DNA from: Candidatus Omnitrophota bacterium
Lineage (GTDB): Bacteria; Omnitrophota; Gorgyraeia; Gorgyraeales; Gorgyraeaceae
Reading direction: 5' to 3'
Length of the DNA stretch: 50,961 nucleotides
Assembly (NCBI GenBank): GCA_013202925.1
Contig: JABMRA010000058.1
Span: 1 to 50,961 of the forward strand
A program made the translations under genes and the position numbers. Numbering within the stretch: the stretch's first letter is position 1; each line of letters opens with the position of its first letter. The notes beneath the pieces were generated by a model that saw only the letters and a program-made list of their open reading frames with translations, made no database searches and was not told the DNA's origin. Below are positions 1-8,751 of the stretch, piece by piece.

Positions 1-115
1 ATGACGTGAACATCGTTCTCGCAATGACGTGAACATCGTTCTCGCAATGACGTGAACATCGTTCTCGCAATGACGTGAACATCGTTCTCGCAATGACGTG
101 AACATCGTTCTCGCA
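1..115. repeat. Tandem array: 5 identical copies of the 23-bp unit ATGACGTGAACATCGTTCTCGCA (may continue left of the window)
   Basis: Read directly. Units start at 1, 24, 47, 70 and 93 with no mismatches. Each unit junction recreates CTCGCAATGACG, the terminal motif of the inverted-repeat elements at 132-520 and 30078-30204. Confidence 0.95.
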
Positions 116-143
116 ATGACGAGGAGCTCGTCGTCATTGCGAG
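110..143. repeat. Perfect 13-bp inverted repeat CTCGCAATGACGA (110-122) / TCGTCATTGCGAG (131-143) with an 8-nt loop, joining the tandem array to the GIY-YIG cassette
   Basis: Read directly. The loop GGAGCTCG is itself partly self-complementary. Confidence 0.9.
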
Positions 144-520
144 GTGACCAACAAATTGACCCTACGAAGCAATCTCATCATATAAATCTCTAAATTCTGC
201 GTTCGAGCTCTTGATCAAATTTATCTTCCTTTGCCGAGAACCTCCTTTAATCTGTTTCTCTCTTAAAATTGCATTCTCTATATCATCAAATACTTCATAA
301 TAGACTAACTTGTCAACATTGTAGCTCTTACTAAATCCATCCGCCATTTTCTGCTTGTGTTCGTAAATCCTCTTTACTAAATCACTAGTAATACCGGTAT
401 AAATAACCGAGTTTGTCTTATTTGTCATTAAGTAAACGTAACTATGTCGTTGTATCATTTGTTTTGCTCACATGCGATTGCTTCGTAGTGCTCTCTATTC
501 AAACTCTCCTCGCAATGACG
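132..520 (-). mobile_element. GIY-YIG gene cassette bracketed by nested inverted repeats (candidate small mobile or selfish element)
   Basis: Outer IR is CGTCATTGCGAGG (132-144) / CCTCGCAATGACG (508-520). Inner IR is CTACGAAGCAATC (162-174) / GATTGCTTCGTAG (476-488). The same two-tier IR architecture without a gene occurs at 30078-30204. No transposase is present. Confidence 0.5.
162..458 (-). CDS. GIY-YIG nuclease family protein (UPF0213/COG2827-like, 98 aa)
   Basis: N-terminal YVYLMTNKTNSVIYTGITSDLVKRIYEHK matches the GIY-(10-11)-YIG signature plus the R and E-H-K motifs. The C-terminal codons (DEIAS) lie inside the inner inverted repeat. Confidence 0.85.
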   Translation of the reverse strand: MIQRHSYVYLMTNKTNSVIYTGITSDLVKRIYEHKQKMADGFSKSYNVDKLVYYEVFDDIENAILREKQIKGGSRQRKINLIKSSNAEFRDLYDEIAS

Positions 521-521
521 A

Positions 522-1910
522 TTACGCCTTTTTGGTACGCTCCAGCTCCTCCACTATCTGCTCCATCTTCATGGCGCGTGAACCCTTCACGAGAATCGTG
601 TCGCCCTTTTTAATCAGATTCGCAACCGCCCCGCAGGCCTCTTTGGTAAGATTGCAGAGCTTTATCTTTTTCTCGTTCATCCCTGCCTCCTGGGCGCCTT
701 TTGAAACGTGCTCGGCGAGTTTACCGACGGCAACTATCAGGTCGATCCCCGACTCTGCTGCCTGCCTCCCGACCAGATGGTGGAACCTACCGGCAAGATT
801 GCCCAGCTCAAGCATGTCACCGGCGACCAGTATCTTCCTGCCCTTTGTGGTTATATCCTTCAACGACTCTATTGCCGTTTTCATCGACAGCGGGTTGGAA
901 TTGTACGAATCATTTATGATCCTTATATCGCCTATCCTTTTTACCTCCATCCTCATGTTCGGGACCCTGAACTCGCTCAGCGCCTCTCTTATCTCATCGA
1001 TAGTAACGCCAAAATCCCAGCTGGCTGCTATGGCGCCAAGGACATTGTAGACGTTGTGCCTGCCGACCACGCCCAGGCTTATCTCGTGCTTGCCGTTCAA
1101 CCTGAAATTTATCCCGTCCGGCTCGAGGTTCAGCTTGTCTGCGTAAAAATCGTATGCCTTGTCCAGTCCGAACGTTATCGTCTTCAGTTTTGTCTTTACG
1201 CTGTCCAGTAATTCATCGTCGGCATTCAGCACGACCTTTGCGCCCTTGTCCTTATCCAGATACTCCAGGATCTCGCACTTGGCCTTTAACACTGTCTTTG
1301 TATCCTTTAGATATTCGAGGTGAGACGGCCCGATATTCGTAATCACGGCCATGGTGGGCCTGGCCACTTCAGAAAGCCTCCGTATCTCGCCGAGGTGATT
1401 CGCGCCCATCTCCAGGACAGCCACCTTGTGTTCGGGCCTGAGCCGCATGAGCGTAAGCGGCACGCCGATGTGATTGTTCTCTGTGCCGAAATTCTTCAGG
1501 ACGCTGAACCGCTTGCTGAGAATCGCTGCTATCATCTCTTTGGTCGTGGTCTTGCCGTTGGAGCCGGTGATACCTATAAGAGGCACCTCAAACCTTGAGC
1601 GGTGAAGATTGGCAATGCTGCCCAGCGCCTTTATGCTGTCAAGGACCGAGATAAAAGAGATGTCGGGTATCTTGAAATTTGAATTTGTAATGCACCCCTC
1701 CTGCACGAGTATGCCGCCCGCGCCCCTGGACACAGCATCCAGGATAAAGTTGTGGCCGTCAAACCGTTCCCCTTTTATGGCCACAAAGAGCTCGCCGCCT
1801 TTTAAGCGGCGCGTGTCAGTGGACACGCCTGTCAGCATGTCTTCTTCTTGCTTCGCGCTTGATAAAAGCCTTCCCTTTGTCGCCTTTAATATATCCTTTA
1901 CTGTAAACAT
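522..1910 (-). CDS. murF: UDP-N-acetylmuramoyl-tripeptide--D-alanyl-D-alanine ligase
   Basis: Mur ligase P-loop GITGSNGKTTTKEM, 462 aa, position directly after murE in the dcw cluster. Confidence 0.93.
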   Translation of the reverse strand: MFTVKDILKATKGRLLSSAKQEEDMLTGVSTDTRRLKGGELFVAIKGERFDGHNFILDAVSRGAGGILVQEGCITNSNFKIPDISFISVLDSIKALGSIANLHRSRFEVPLIGITGSNGKTTTKEMIAAILSKRFSVLKNFGTENNHIGVPLTLMRLRPEHKVAVLEMGANHLGEIRRLSEVARPTMAVITNIGPSHLEYLKDTKTVLKAKCEILEYLDKDKGAKVVLNADDELLDSVKTKLKTITFGLDKAYDFYADKLNLEPDGINFRLNGKHEISLGVVGRHNVYNVLGAIAASWDFGVTIDEIREALSEFRVPNMRMEVKRIGDIRIINDSYNSNPLSMKTAIESLKDITTKGRKILVAGDMLELGNLAGRFHHLVGRQAAESGIDLIVAVGKLAEHVSKGAQEAGMNEKKIKLCNLTKEACGAVANLIKKGDTILVKGSRAMKMEQIVEELERTKKA

Positions 1911-1913
1911 GTC

Positions 1914-3425
1914 TCACTCTCCTTTTATAAGCTGTAAGCTATCTTGTTTTTGCGAATTTAATATTCTCCTTACTGCCTGTCTGTCGTCAAAGGGAAGCGT
2001 CACGTCCCTGAATACCTGGTATGCCTCATGGCCTTTGCCAGCCACGAGCACCACGTCTCCCTTTTTCGCCTCCTTCAAGGCCTCTTCAATGGCCTTGAGC
2101 CGGTCCACTTCGACAACGTAATTTTTTTTGTGTGCAATGCCCTCTATGATCTGTTTTATAATATCCGCCGGGTCCTCGTTTCTCGGGTTGTCGCTTGTTA
2201 TGAAGATCCTGTCTGAAAGCTCTGAGGAGATCCTCCCCATCTCAGGCCTCTTTGATTTATCCCTGTCCCCGCCGCAGCCAAATACAGTCAGGATCCTTTT
2301 TGGTTTCAATTCGCGCACTGTCTTCAGCGCGTTCTCAAGGCCGTTCCCTGTGTGGGCGTAATCCACGAATACCAGAAAATCCTGGCCGCAATCTATCTTC
2401 TCGAGCCTGCCAGGCAGGGCCGCGATCCTCTCTATGCCTGATTTTACCTGATTGAGGTCCATGTCCATGGCAATGCCGGCCGAGGCCGCAGCCAGGATAT
2501 TGTAGACATTGTGCCTGCCGATCAGGTGTGAGGCGATTTCAATAGAACCGCCTGCAGCGCAAAGTTTGAATTTCAGGCCTTTGGCTGAAAATTTAATTTC
2601 TCTGGCAGAGACATCCGCCTCCTGCTCGATGCCGTACGTGATCACGCCGGCCTTTTTCTCTGAGCGCACCTTTTTTATGATCTTCTCCGCATGCGGATCG
2701 TCCTTATTTATTACTGCGTAACCGCCCTGTTTTATTTTTGTAAACAATATTGCCTTTGACGCAAAATAATTTTCCATATCTTTGTGATAATCCAGGTGTT
2801 CGCTCGTCAGATTCGTGAATATTGCGATATCGAAACTCAGGCCGTCCACCCTGCCCTGGTCCAAGGAATGCGAAGAGACCTCGAGTATGCAATTTTTTAC
2901 CTTCTCCTTTTGCATGTTGCTCAAAAGTGAATACAGGTCCAGCACGCCAGGCGTGGTATTTGAGGCAGGTATAAGACGCTTTCCAAATCTATAATTTATG
3001 GTGCCGATGATGCCGGCCTTTTCAGATCTTGCGTCAAACAGGCCTTCCAGCAGATACGTGGTGGTGGTCTTTCCATTCGTGCCGGTCACGCCGATCAGCC
3101 GCATCCTGCTAGAGACATCGCCATAGAAGGCGGCAGCGACTTCAGACAGCGCGCGCCTTGCGTCATTTACATATATAAAGGTACTGCCCCGCGTAAAACT
3201 AAATGTCTTTGCCTTTGCGTATTCCAATACTACCGCACAGGCACCCCTGTCTATTGCCTCATTTATAAAATCCCCTCCATTGAAACACGCGCCTTTGATC
3301 GCAATGAAAACATACGCATCCTTGACCGACTTTGAATCGCAGCTAATGCCCTTTATCTCCAGAGAGGCCTTGCCATCTACCTTTTTCACATTGCTCAACG
3401 CCTCTATTAATCTTTTAAGCTTCAT
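1914..3425 (-). CDS. murE: UDP-N-acetylmuramoyl-L-alanyl-D-glutamate--2,6-diaminopimelate ligase
   Basis: GVTGTNGKTTTTYL P-loop. The DNPRNEDP (DNPR) motif is typical of meso-DAP-adding MurE. 503 aa, dcw context. Confidence 0.93.
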   Translation of the reverse strand: MKLKRLIEALSNVKKVDGKASLEIKGISCDSKSVKDAYVFIAIKGACFNGGDFINEAIDRGACAVVLEYAKAKTFSFTRGSTFIYVNDARRALSEVAAAFYGDVSSRMRLIGVTGTNGKTTTTYLLEGLFDARSEKAGIIGTINYRFGKRLIPASNTTPGVLDLYSLLSNMQKEKVKNCILEVSSHSLDQGRVDGLSFDIAIFTNLTSEHLDYHKDMENYFASKAILFTKIKQGGYAVINKDDPHAEKIIKKVRSEKKAGVITYGIEQEADVSAREIKFSAKGLKFKLCAAGGSIEIASHLIGRHNVYNILAAASAGIAMDMDLNQVKSGIERIAALPGRLEKIDCGQDFLVFVDYAHTGNGLENALKTVRELKPKRILTVFGCGGDRDKSKRPEMGRISSELSDRIFITSDNPRNEDPADIIKQIIEGIAHKKNYVVEVDRLKAIEEALKEAKKGDVVLVAGKGHEAYQVFRDVTLPFDDRQAVRRILNSQKQDSLQLIKGE

Positions 3426-3427
3426 CT

Positions 3428-5104
3428 CTAGCGGGGTTCGATCTTGTAATAGCCCATTAACTGGGCTGCGACTTTTTTAAAAACAGGGGCGCAGACAGTG
3501 CCGCCGTAATACTGGGGCCTGGGCTCGTCCATGGTAACTACCACGACAAACCGCGGCTTGTCGTACGGCAAAAAACCTATAAAAGACGCCGTAAAGTTCC
3601 GATGCGAGTATGTGCCGTTGGGCTCGACCTTCTGGGCGGTGCCGGTCTTACCGGCAGGGAAATATCCCTCTACCTCGGCAAACCTCCCTGTGCCGCCATC
3701 CACCACGCCCCTTAAGATCTGCCGCATCTTTTCAGCCGTGTCTTCAGAAACGACCCGGTGCATCTTTTTCGGCTCAAAATGTTCCAGGACATTGCCTGTC
3801 CTGTCCTGGACCCTGTCAATGATATTTGGCCTGACAAAATAACCGCCATTTGCAATGCTGGATATTGCGCAGGCAAGCTGAATCGCCGTGACTGCCACCT
3901 CCTGGCCCATGGACATACTGCAAAGCGAAAGTTTTGACCATTGGTTCGGGTGCCGCATTATGCCTGTGACCTCGCCCGGAAGTCCTATGCCGGTCTTTTT
4001 TCCAAACCCAAACCGCTTCATATACCTGTATAATCCGCTACTGCCTAATTTAATCGCTGACTTCATGGTGCCTATGTTTGAGGAATATTTAATAACGTCT
4101 CTAAAAGCCAGCCAGCCGTACGGCTTGTGGTCGTGGTAGGTGTGACTGGACCATTTGAATTCGCCGTTCTCGCAAAAAAATTCATCACCGGCATCAACCA
4201 CGCCTTCCTCGAGCACAGCGGTTGCGGTAACTATTTTAAAACTGGAACCCGGCTCAAAGAAATCACATATCGCGCGGTTGCGCCTCGCCTCAGCCGGGTA
4301 TGCCTTTATATCGTTCGGGTCGTAGGTGGGCCTGCTGGCAAGCGCCAGTATTGCGCCTGTATAAGGATCCATTACAATGATGTTGGCGCCTTTTGCATTG
4401 TATTTTTTAAATGAGTTGTCCAGCTCCTTCTCTGCAATGGCCTGCACCACATTGTCTATGGTAAGCACCACGTCATTGCCGTCAGCCGGCGGGATCTCCC
4501 TGTATTCATAACCAGGCACCTCGCGCTGCTTGGCATCCCTTATTGAGTACCTCCACCCAATGGTGCCTTTCAGATGATCATCAAACAAGAGCTCAACGCC
4601 TTCCAGCCCCTCGTCGTCCAGCCCTACAAAGCCGGTTATGTGACTGGCCAGTGTAGCGTTGGGATACACCCGCTGCGGCTCTTTTATAAAATCCACTCCT
4701 TTAATATGCAGGTTCCTCGCGGCCCTTTCCACGGCAGGATCGAGTTTTCGCGCCAGCCATACAAAACGCTTATCCTTGTTGAGTTTTTGGAGTATCTTTT
4801 CCGCATCGATCCCCAGGACGCCGGAGAGTTTTTGCGCCGCGGATTCTTTGTCCTCAACCAATTCAGGGTCTAAAAATATAGAGTTGAGGTTTATGGATAC
4901 AGCTAGTTCCCTGAGGTTGCGGTCGTATATCACGCCGCGCTTGGGGAGAAGGCGCACATAGGTCTTATATTGGTCAGATGCGAGTTTTGATAAGGGTTTT
5001 GCGGCGCCGAGCTGCACAAACATGAGCCGCAGGGACAGAAGGAGGAACAATGTTAATAAAGAATATAGAACTCTCCTGATTCGGGGGGTAACTAGTTCGT
5101 GCAC
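3428..5104 (-). CDS. ftsI: Peptidoglycan D,D-transpeptidase (class B PBP, FtsI-type)
   Basis: N-terminal TM anchor; SxxK (GSSFKI), SxN (YSSNIG) and KTG (AGKTGTA) motifs; sits between ftsL and murE. Confidence 0.9.
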   Translation of the reverse strand: MHELVTPRIRRVLYSLLTLFLLLSLRLMFVQLGAAKPLSKLASDQYKTYVRLLPKRGVIYDRNLRELAVSINLNSIFLDPELVEDKESAAQKLSGVLGIDAEKILQKLNKDKRFVWLARKLDPAVERAARNLHIKGVDFIKEPQRVYPNATLASHITGFVGLDDEGLEGVELLFDDHLKGTIGWRYSIRDAKQREVPGYEYREIPPADGNDVVLTIDNVVQAIAEKELDNSFKKYNAKGANIIVMDPYTGAILALASRPTYDPNDIKAYPAEARRNRAICDFFEPGSSFKIVTATAVLEEGVVDAGDEFFCENGEFKWSSHTYHDHKPYGWLAFRDVIKYSSNIGTMKSAIKLGSSGLYRYMKRFGFGKKTGIGLPGEVTGIMRHPNQWSKLSLCSMSMGQEVAVTAIQLACAISSIANGGYFVRPNIIDRVQDRTGNVLEHFEPKKMHRVVSEDTAEKMRQILRGVVDGGTGRFAEVEGYFPAGKTGTAQKVEPNGTYSHRNFTASFIGFLPYDKPRFVVVVTMDEPRPQYYGGTVCAPVFKKVAAQLMGYYKIEPR

Positions 5105-5152
5105 AGAAAATACCTTATTTTAGCGCCTCGTGCGCGGCGCAAGTTTTAAATA

Positions 5153-5551
5153 TTAATGACTGATTGGAGTATAACTATTAATATTCGGGCTGGCCTCAGC
5201 TTCCCGACCAATGATAAATAGACTGGCAAAGAGACCTCTTTTTGCTGCGTCCTTGCGGACGATTTTTGTCGGGGAACTCTCGATTTTGACCACCTGCCAT
5301 TTGCGGGGCATGTTCAACTCTACCTTTTTTGCCAAAAGCCTTGTCTGGAGGCTGACAGGTGACTTCAAATTAAGGACATTATATCCTAAAATCCTATTGT
5401 GGTCAACAAGCTTTGAATAAATCTGGTAATTTTCTTTCACACTGAGGCCCATCTGGTAGATAAGGGCCTGCTGGTTGACGTAGACGAGCGCGATAATGGT
5501 CAGCGTAAATATGTAAACGAGGATTTTGTGTGCCTTCAGGATATCTTTCAT
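5153..5551 (-). CDS. ftsL: FtsL-like cell division protein (132 aa, single N-terminal TM)
   Basis: Small bitopic protein (ILVYIFTLTIIALVYV TM) in the conserved slot between rsmH and ftsI, with a 4-nt overlap with the rsmH stop. The call rests on position and topology only. Confidence 0.6.
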   Translation of the reverse strand: MKDILKAHKILVYIFTLTIIALVYVNQQALIYQMGLSVKENYQIYSKLVDHNRILGYNVLNLKSPVSLQTRLLAKKVELNMPRKWQVVKIESSPTKIVRKDAAKRGLFASLFIIGREAEASPNINSYTPISH

Positions 5552-6447
5552 GCTATCCTCTCTGCGACACGGAGTTTTGCGCTTCTTGCGCGAGGATTCG
5601 TTAGGGTTTCATCCTCTCTTGGCCGCAGTATCTTTTTCGTAAGAATACGCAAAACTCCTTTTGCCGCAAATTCCTTGAAAACATTCTTTGCAATCCTGTC
5701 TTCGAGCGAATGAAACGATATTACGCATACACGCCCGCCCTCTTTAAGGACGCCTGGCGATGCGCGGAGCGCATCTTCCATGCTGGCCAGCTCGTCGTTT
5801 ACCCTGATGCGAAGCGCCTGAAAGGCCCTGGTGGCCGGGTGGATCCGCTGGCGCCTGTATCTGTAAGGCACTCTGCTGGAAATTATCTCCGCCAGCTCAG
5901 CGGTTGTCTTTATACGGCGTTTCGCACGCGCCGCCACTATTGCCCCGGCAATCCTTCTGTGAAAACGCTCCTCGCCAAAATCCCTTATCAAAGATGAAAG
6001 TTCGATTTCGCTTAAATCGTTTACCAGGTCCTCTGCGCTAATGCCCTGGCTTCGATCCATGCGCATGTCCAGAGGGCCGGCATTCTTTATACTGAATCCC
6101 CTCTCCGCTGTCTCCAAATGAATGCTAGATATGCCCAGATCAAATAAAATGCCATTTACTTTTCCTGCCTTTATCTCTTCAAGTATTTTTCTGATATCCC
6201 TGAAATTTTTATTTATCGGTTTAAATGAGTCTTGAAACGGGTTTAGTCTTTCCTGGGCTAACTTCAGCGATTCAGCATCTCTATCTATACCAACAAGCGT
6301 TCCGCCGGGGCTAATTCTTCGAAGGATTTCTTCAGCATGTCCGCCCCCGCCCACCGTAGCGTCTATGATGATGTCTCCGGGCGCGGGGTTTAAAAAATCT
6401 ATGACCTCGTCCAGCAGGACGGGATTATGTAAAGATCTTTCTTCCAT
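5548..6447 (-). CDS. rsmH: 16S rRNA (cytosine1402-N4)-methyltransferase
   Basis: HNPVLLDEVIDFL...DATVGGGGHAEEIL signature, 299 aa, follows mraZ. Confidence 0.93.
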   Translation of the reverse strand: MEERSLHNPVLLDEVIDFLNPAPGDIIIDATVGGGGHAEEILRRISPGGTLVGIDRDAESLKLAQERLNPFQDSFKPINKNFRDIRKILEEIKAGKVNGILFDLGISSIHLETAERGFSIKNAGPLDMRMDRSQGISAEDLVNDLSEIELSSLIRDFGEERFHRRIAGAIVAARAKRRIKTTAELAEIISSRVPYRYRRQRIHPATRAFQALRIRVNDELASMEDALRASPGVLKEGGRVCVISFHSLEDRIAKNVFKEFAAKGVLRILTKKILRPREDETLTNPRARSAKLRVAERIA

Positions 6448-6626
6448 TATTGCTTTTTAAGATCTTGTATACTTCCCAGCTGACGCAACGCGAACGTTTG
6501 TCGATATTCAGGGACCTGGTCTTTCGTATGCATTCTACCGGGATATTGAAACAATGCATGCGGTCTTCTTTGGTTCCTATGTGCTTGGTATGAGTATGAG
6601 TGCGGCGATGCATGACGACCCCTTTC

Positions 6627-7067
6627 TTATTGCAGCTCTATTAATTTTTCTGCCACTTCCTCGAACGAATCCTTGGACGCCGAGTAATACCCCTTCCAAT
6701 CTTCCCGGCTCCATATCTCGATTCGGTTTGACACGCCTATGATATATACGTCTCTTTTTATATTGGCGTAATCTTTTAGATAAGACGGGATAAGGATCCT
6801 CGCCTGTTTGTCCGGCACCAATTCGCCCGCGCCTGAAAAATACAATCTGTTGAAGCGCCTGTATTCTGATTTGGTGAATGACATGGATTTGAATTTCTGT
6901 TCCTGTGTCTTCCATTCGTCCTCGCTGAACATAAAAAGACATTTGTCGAGTCCGCGGGTAATAAAAAGGCGCTCTATATAGTGCTCCTTGAGCGCCTCTC
7001 TGAATTTCGCAGGGATGATGAGCCTACCTTTTCTATCCAATGTATGTTCATATTCGCCGTAAAACAT
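6627..7067 (-). CDS. mraZ: Transcriptional regulator MraZ
   Basis: MFYGEYEHTLDRKGRLIIPAKFR start and a duplicated SpoVT/AbrB-like half; first gene of the dcw cluster. Confidence 0.93.
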   Translation of the reverse strand: MFYGEYEHTLDRKGRLIIPAKFREALKEHYIERLFITRGLDKCLFMFSEDEWKTQEQKFKSMSFTKSEYRRFNRLYFSGAGELVPDKQARILIPSYLKDYANIKRDVYIIGVSNRIEIWSREDWKGYYSASKDSFEEVAEKLIELQ

Positions 7068-7074
7068 AGCTCAC

Positions 7075-7099
7075 TCCACTTTGTTCTACTTTAACCCAC
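7075..7099 (-). promoter_or_regulatory. Three direct pentamer repeats at exact 10-bp spacing (minus strand GTGGG-N5-GTAGA-N5-GTGGA), candidate MraZ boxes
   Basis: Plus-strand CCCAC 7095-7099, TCTAC 7085-7089, TCCAC 7075-7079. They lie between the predicted -10 and the mraZ ATG. E. coli MraZ is known to bind three TGGGN repeats with 5-nt spacers. Confidence 0.55.
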
Positions 7100-7110
7100 T
7101 GTGTAATAAG

Positions 7111-7139
7111 AGTTTACCCTAATGGCGATTTTATGTCAA
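7111..7139 (-). promoter_or_regulatory. sigma70-type promoter of the dcw cluster: TTGACA-17 nt-TAAACT
   Basis: Minus strand reads GCTTGACAtaaaatcgccattagggTAAACT. The -35 is at 7134-7139 and the -10 at 7111-7116, about 44 nt upstream of the mraZ ATG. Confidence 0.55.
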
Positions 7140-7215
7140 GCCCTAAATGCGCATTTTTTCAACTTACACAATATGATGGGGTTAGGACAGAAAAGGAGTG
7201 CTAAATATGGGGTGG

Positions 7216-8115
7216 TTACCTGGCCCTGCGGATGTCGTTCTCGATCTGTTTTCGCAAGGCCTCTGCGGAGGAGAATCTTCTTTCGTCTCTTATCTTTCTC
7301 TTAAATGTTATCTCTACATCTTTCCTGTATATATCTTTTTTAAAATTAAATATATGCAGTTCGATGGTCGGCTCCCTGTCTTTTCTGAATGTCGGCCTGG
7401 TGCCGATGTTCAATATGCCTTTGTAATTTTTTTTGCGCAGCTGCACGTTCACTGCATAGACGCCGCTGGGCGGGATCGCCTCGTGATGAGGATCTATGTT
7501 CGCCGTGGGAAACCCCAGGCGCCTGCCGAGCCGCTGGCCTTCCACGACTGTGCCGAGGACCGTCACAGGCCTCGCCAGCATCAGCGACGCATTCTTCAGA
7601 TCCCCTTTTTCAATGGCGCAACGGATCCTCGTGCTGGAGATGTATTTTGATTTCATCCTCACGGGCCGGACGCCGATGAGCCGGAAGCCGTATCTCCTGC
7701 TTAATCTTTTTAGCGCCGGAAAATCTCCTCCGCCCTTACTGCCAAACAGAAAATTCTCTCCCACGACAAGGGTCTTTATATCAAGTTTATCTACCAGGGC
7801 GCCTTTTATAAAATCCTCTGCTTTTATCCTCGAAAATGCCTTTGTAAATTTTATGACAAGGAAAAAATCCACACCCCTTTCCTCTATCAGTCTCAGCCTG
7901 TGTTCCAGTGAAATCAAAAGCGGGACCTTTGCGCCGGGATTCAAGACCTTGCGCGGGTGAGGGAAAAATGTTATGACAAGGGCTTTTGTCTTTAGGCGCC
8001 TTGCCTCGCTGACGAGTTTTTTCAGGATTCCCTGGTGTCCGCGATGCACGCCGTCGAATATGCCTATGGTGGCGGTGACTCCCTTTATCTTATATAGACC
8101 GTATATCCTTTTCAT
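7216..8115 (-). CDS. ribF: Bifunctional riboflavin kinase / FMN adenylyltransferase
   Basis: IGIFDGVHRGHQ nucleotidyltransferase motif, C-terminal riboflavin kinase half (GFPTANI), 299 aa. Confidence 0.92.
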   Translation of the reverse strand: MKRIYGLYKIKGVTATIGIFDGVHRGHQGILKKLVSEARRLKTKALVITFFPHPRKVLNPGAKVPLLISLEHRLRLIEERGVDFFLVIKFTKAFSRIKAEDFIKGALVDKLDIKTLVVGENFLFGSKGGGDFPALKRLSRRYGFRLIGVRPVRMKSKYISSTRIRCAIEKGDLKNASLMLARPVTVLGTVVEGQRLGRRLGFPTANIDPHHEAIPPSGVYAVNVQLRKKNYKGILNIGTRPTFRKDREPTIELHIFNFKKDIYRKDVEITFKRKIRDERRFSSAEALRKQIENDIRRAR

Positions 8116-8746
8116 GGATGGTATCCAGGTGACTGGCGTGCGCCAATGAAAATCTTCCCGAACGCGTCCTTACAAGTCCTGACATGTGCGCAGGGTATCC
8201 TAAAAGCCTGCCGATGTCCTCGCACAGCGTCCTCACGTACGTACCCTTTGAACATCTTACGCGGAATATGATCTCCGGCGGGGTAAAGGCAAAGAGTTCG
8301 ATCTCGTGTATCCTTATCGTGCAGGATTTTCTAGGAATCGTCTTTCCCTTTCGGGCGAGCTGGTATAATTTTTTCCCTTTATATTTTTTGGCAGAGACCA
8401 TGGGCGGCGTCTGCTGACGCTGCCCCAGAAAAGAATCGAGGGCATTTTTGACGGCTTTTATATCCAGTCCGTTCACCTCTTTTTCCTCGATTACCTTGCC
8501 CGTAGAGTCCTGCGTGTCCGTGCGTTTTCCGAAAAAAAGTGTGGCAACGTATTCCTTGTCATCGGAAGAAAAGGTGCTTGAGAGTTTTGTTGCCTTTCCC
8601 AAAAGAAGCACGAGCACACCCGTGGCCATCGGGTCCAGCGTACCTGCGTGTCCGATGCGGCTCATGTTGAACCTTCGCCTCGCTATATCCACCACGTCGT
8701 GCGACGTGATGTCCTTTGGCTTATCTACCACCAATATCCCGTCCAT
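8090..8746 (-). CDS. truB: tRNA pseudouridine(55) synthase
   Basis: GILVVDKPKDITSHDVV and the catalytic GHAGTLDPMATGVL motif; 26-nt overlap with ribF. Confidence 0.92.
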   Translation of the reverse strand: MDGILVVDKPKDITSHDVVDIARRRFNMSRIGHAGTLDPMATGVLVLLLGKATKLSSTFSSDDKEYVATLFFGKRTDTQDSTGKVIEEKEVNGLDIKAVKNALDSFLGQRQQTPPMVSAKKYKGKKLYQLARKGKTIPRKSCTIRIHEIELFAFTPPEIIFRVRCSKGTYVRTLCEDIGRLLGYPAHMSGLVRTRSGRFSLAHASHLDTIHEKDIRSI

Positions 8747-8751
8747 ATTTC

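Noticed and set aside
1-115. Could the 23-bp repeats be a CRISPR array?
   Set aside because: The units are directly contiguous with no spacers, the unit is shorter than typical CRISPR repeats, and no cas genes are nearby. It is a plain tandem repeat.
413-1910. Plus-strand ORFs 413-613, 472-1050, 701-919, 708-1211, 1154-1342, 1320-1598 and 1609-2121 opposite murF/murE
   Set aside because: They are antisense or alternative-frame ORFs inside well-supported Mur ligase genes. The translations are compositionally odd (Pro/Ser/Arg-rich) and lack recognisable domains.
6448-6626. Unusually long (180 bp) mraZ-rsmH spacer, checked for structure
   Set aside because: Only a weak 7-bp inverted repeat (ATGCATT...AATGCAT) was found. 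There is not enough evidence to call a feature.
6577-6942. 121-aa minus-strand ORF overlapping mraZ in another frame, and the 62-aa ORF 6425-6613 in the mraZ-rsmH spacer
   Set aside because: mraZ is unambiguous. The overlapping frame is Arg/Gly-rich with no motif. The 62-aa ORF overlaps the rsmH start and has no SD.
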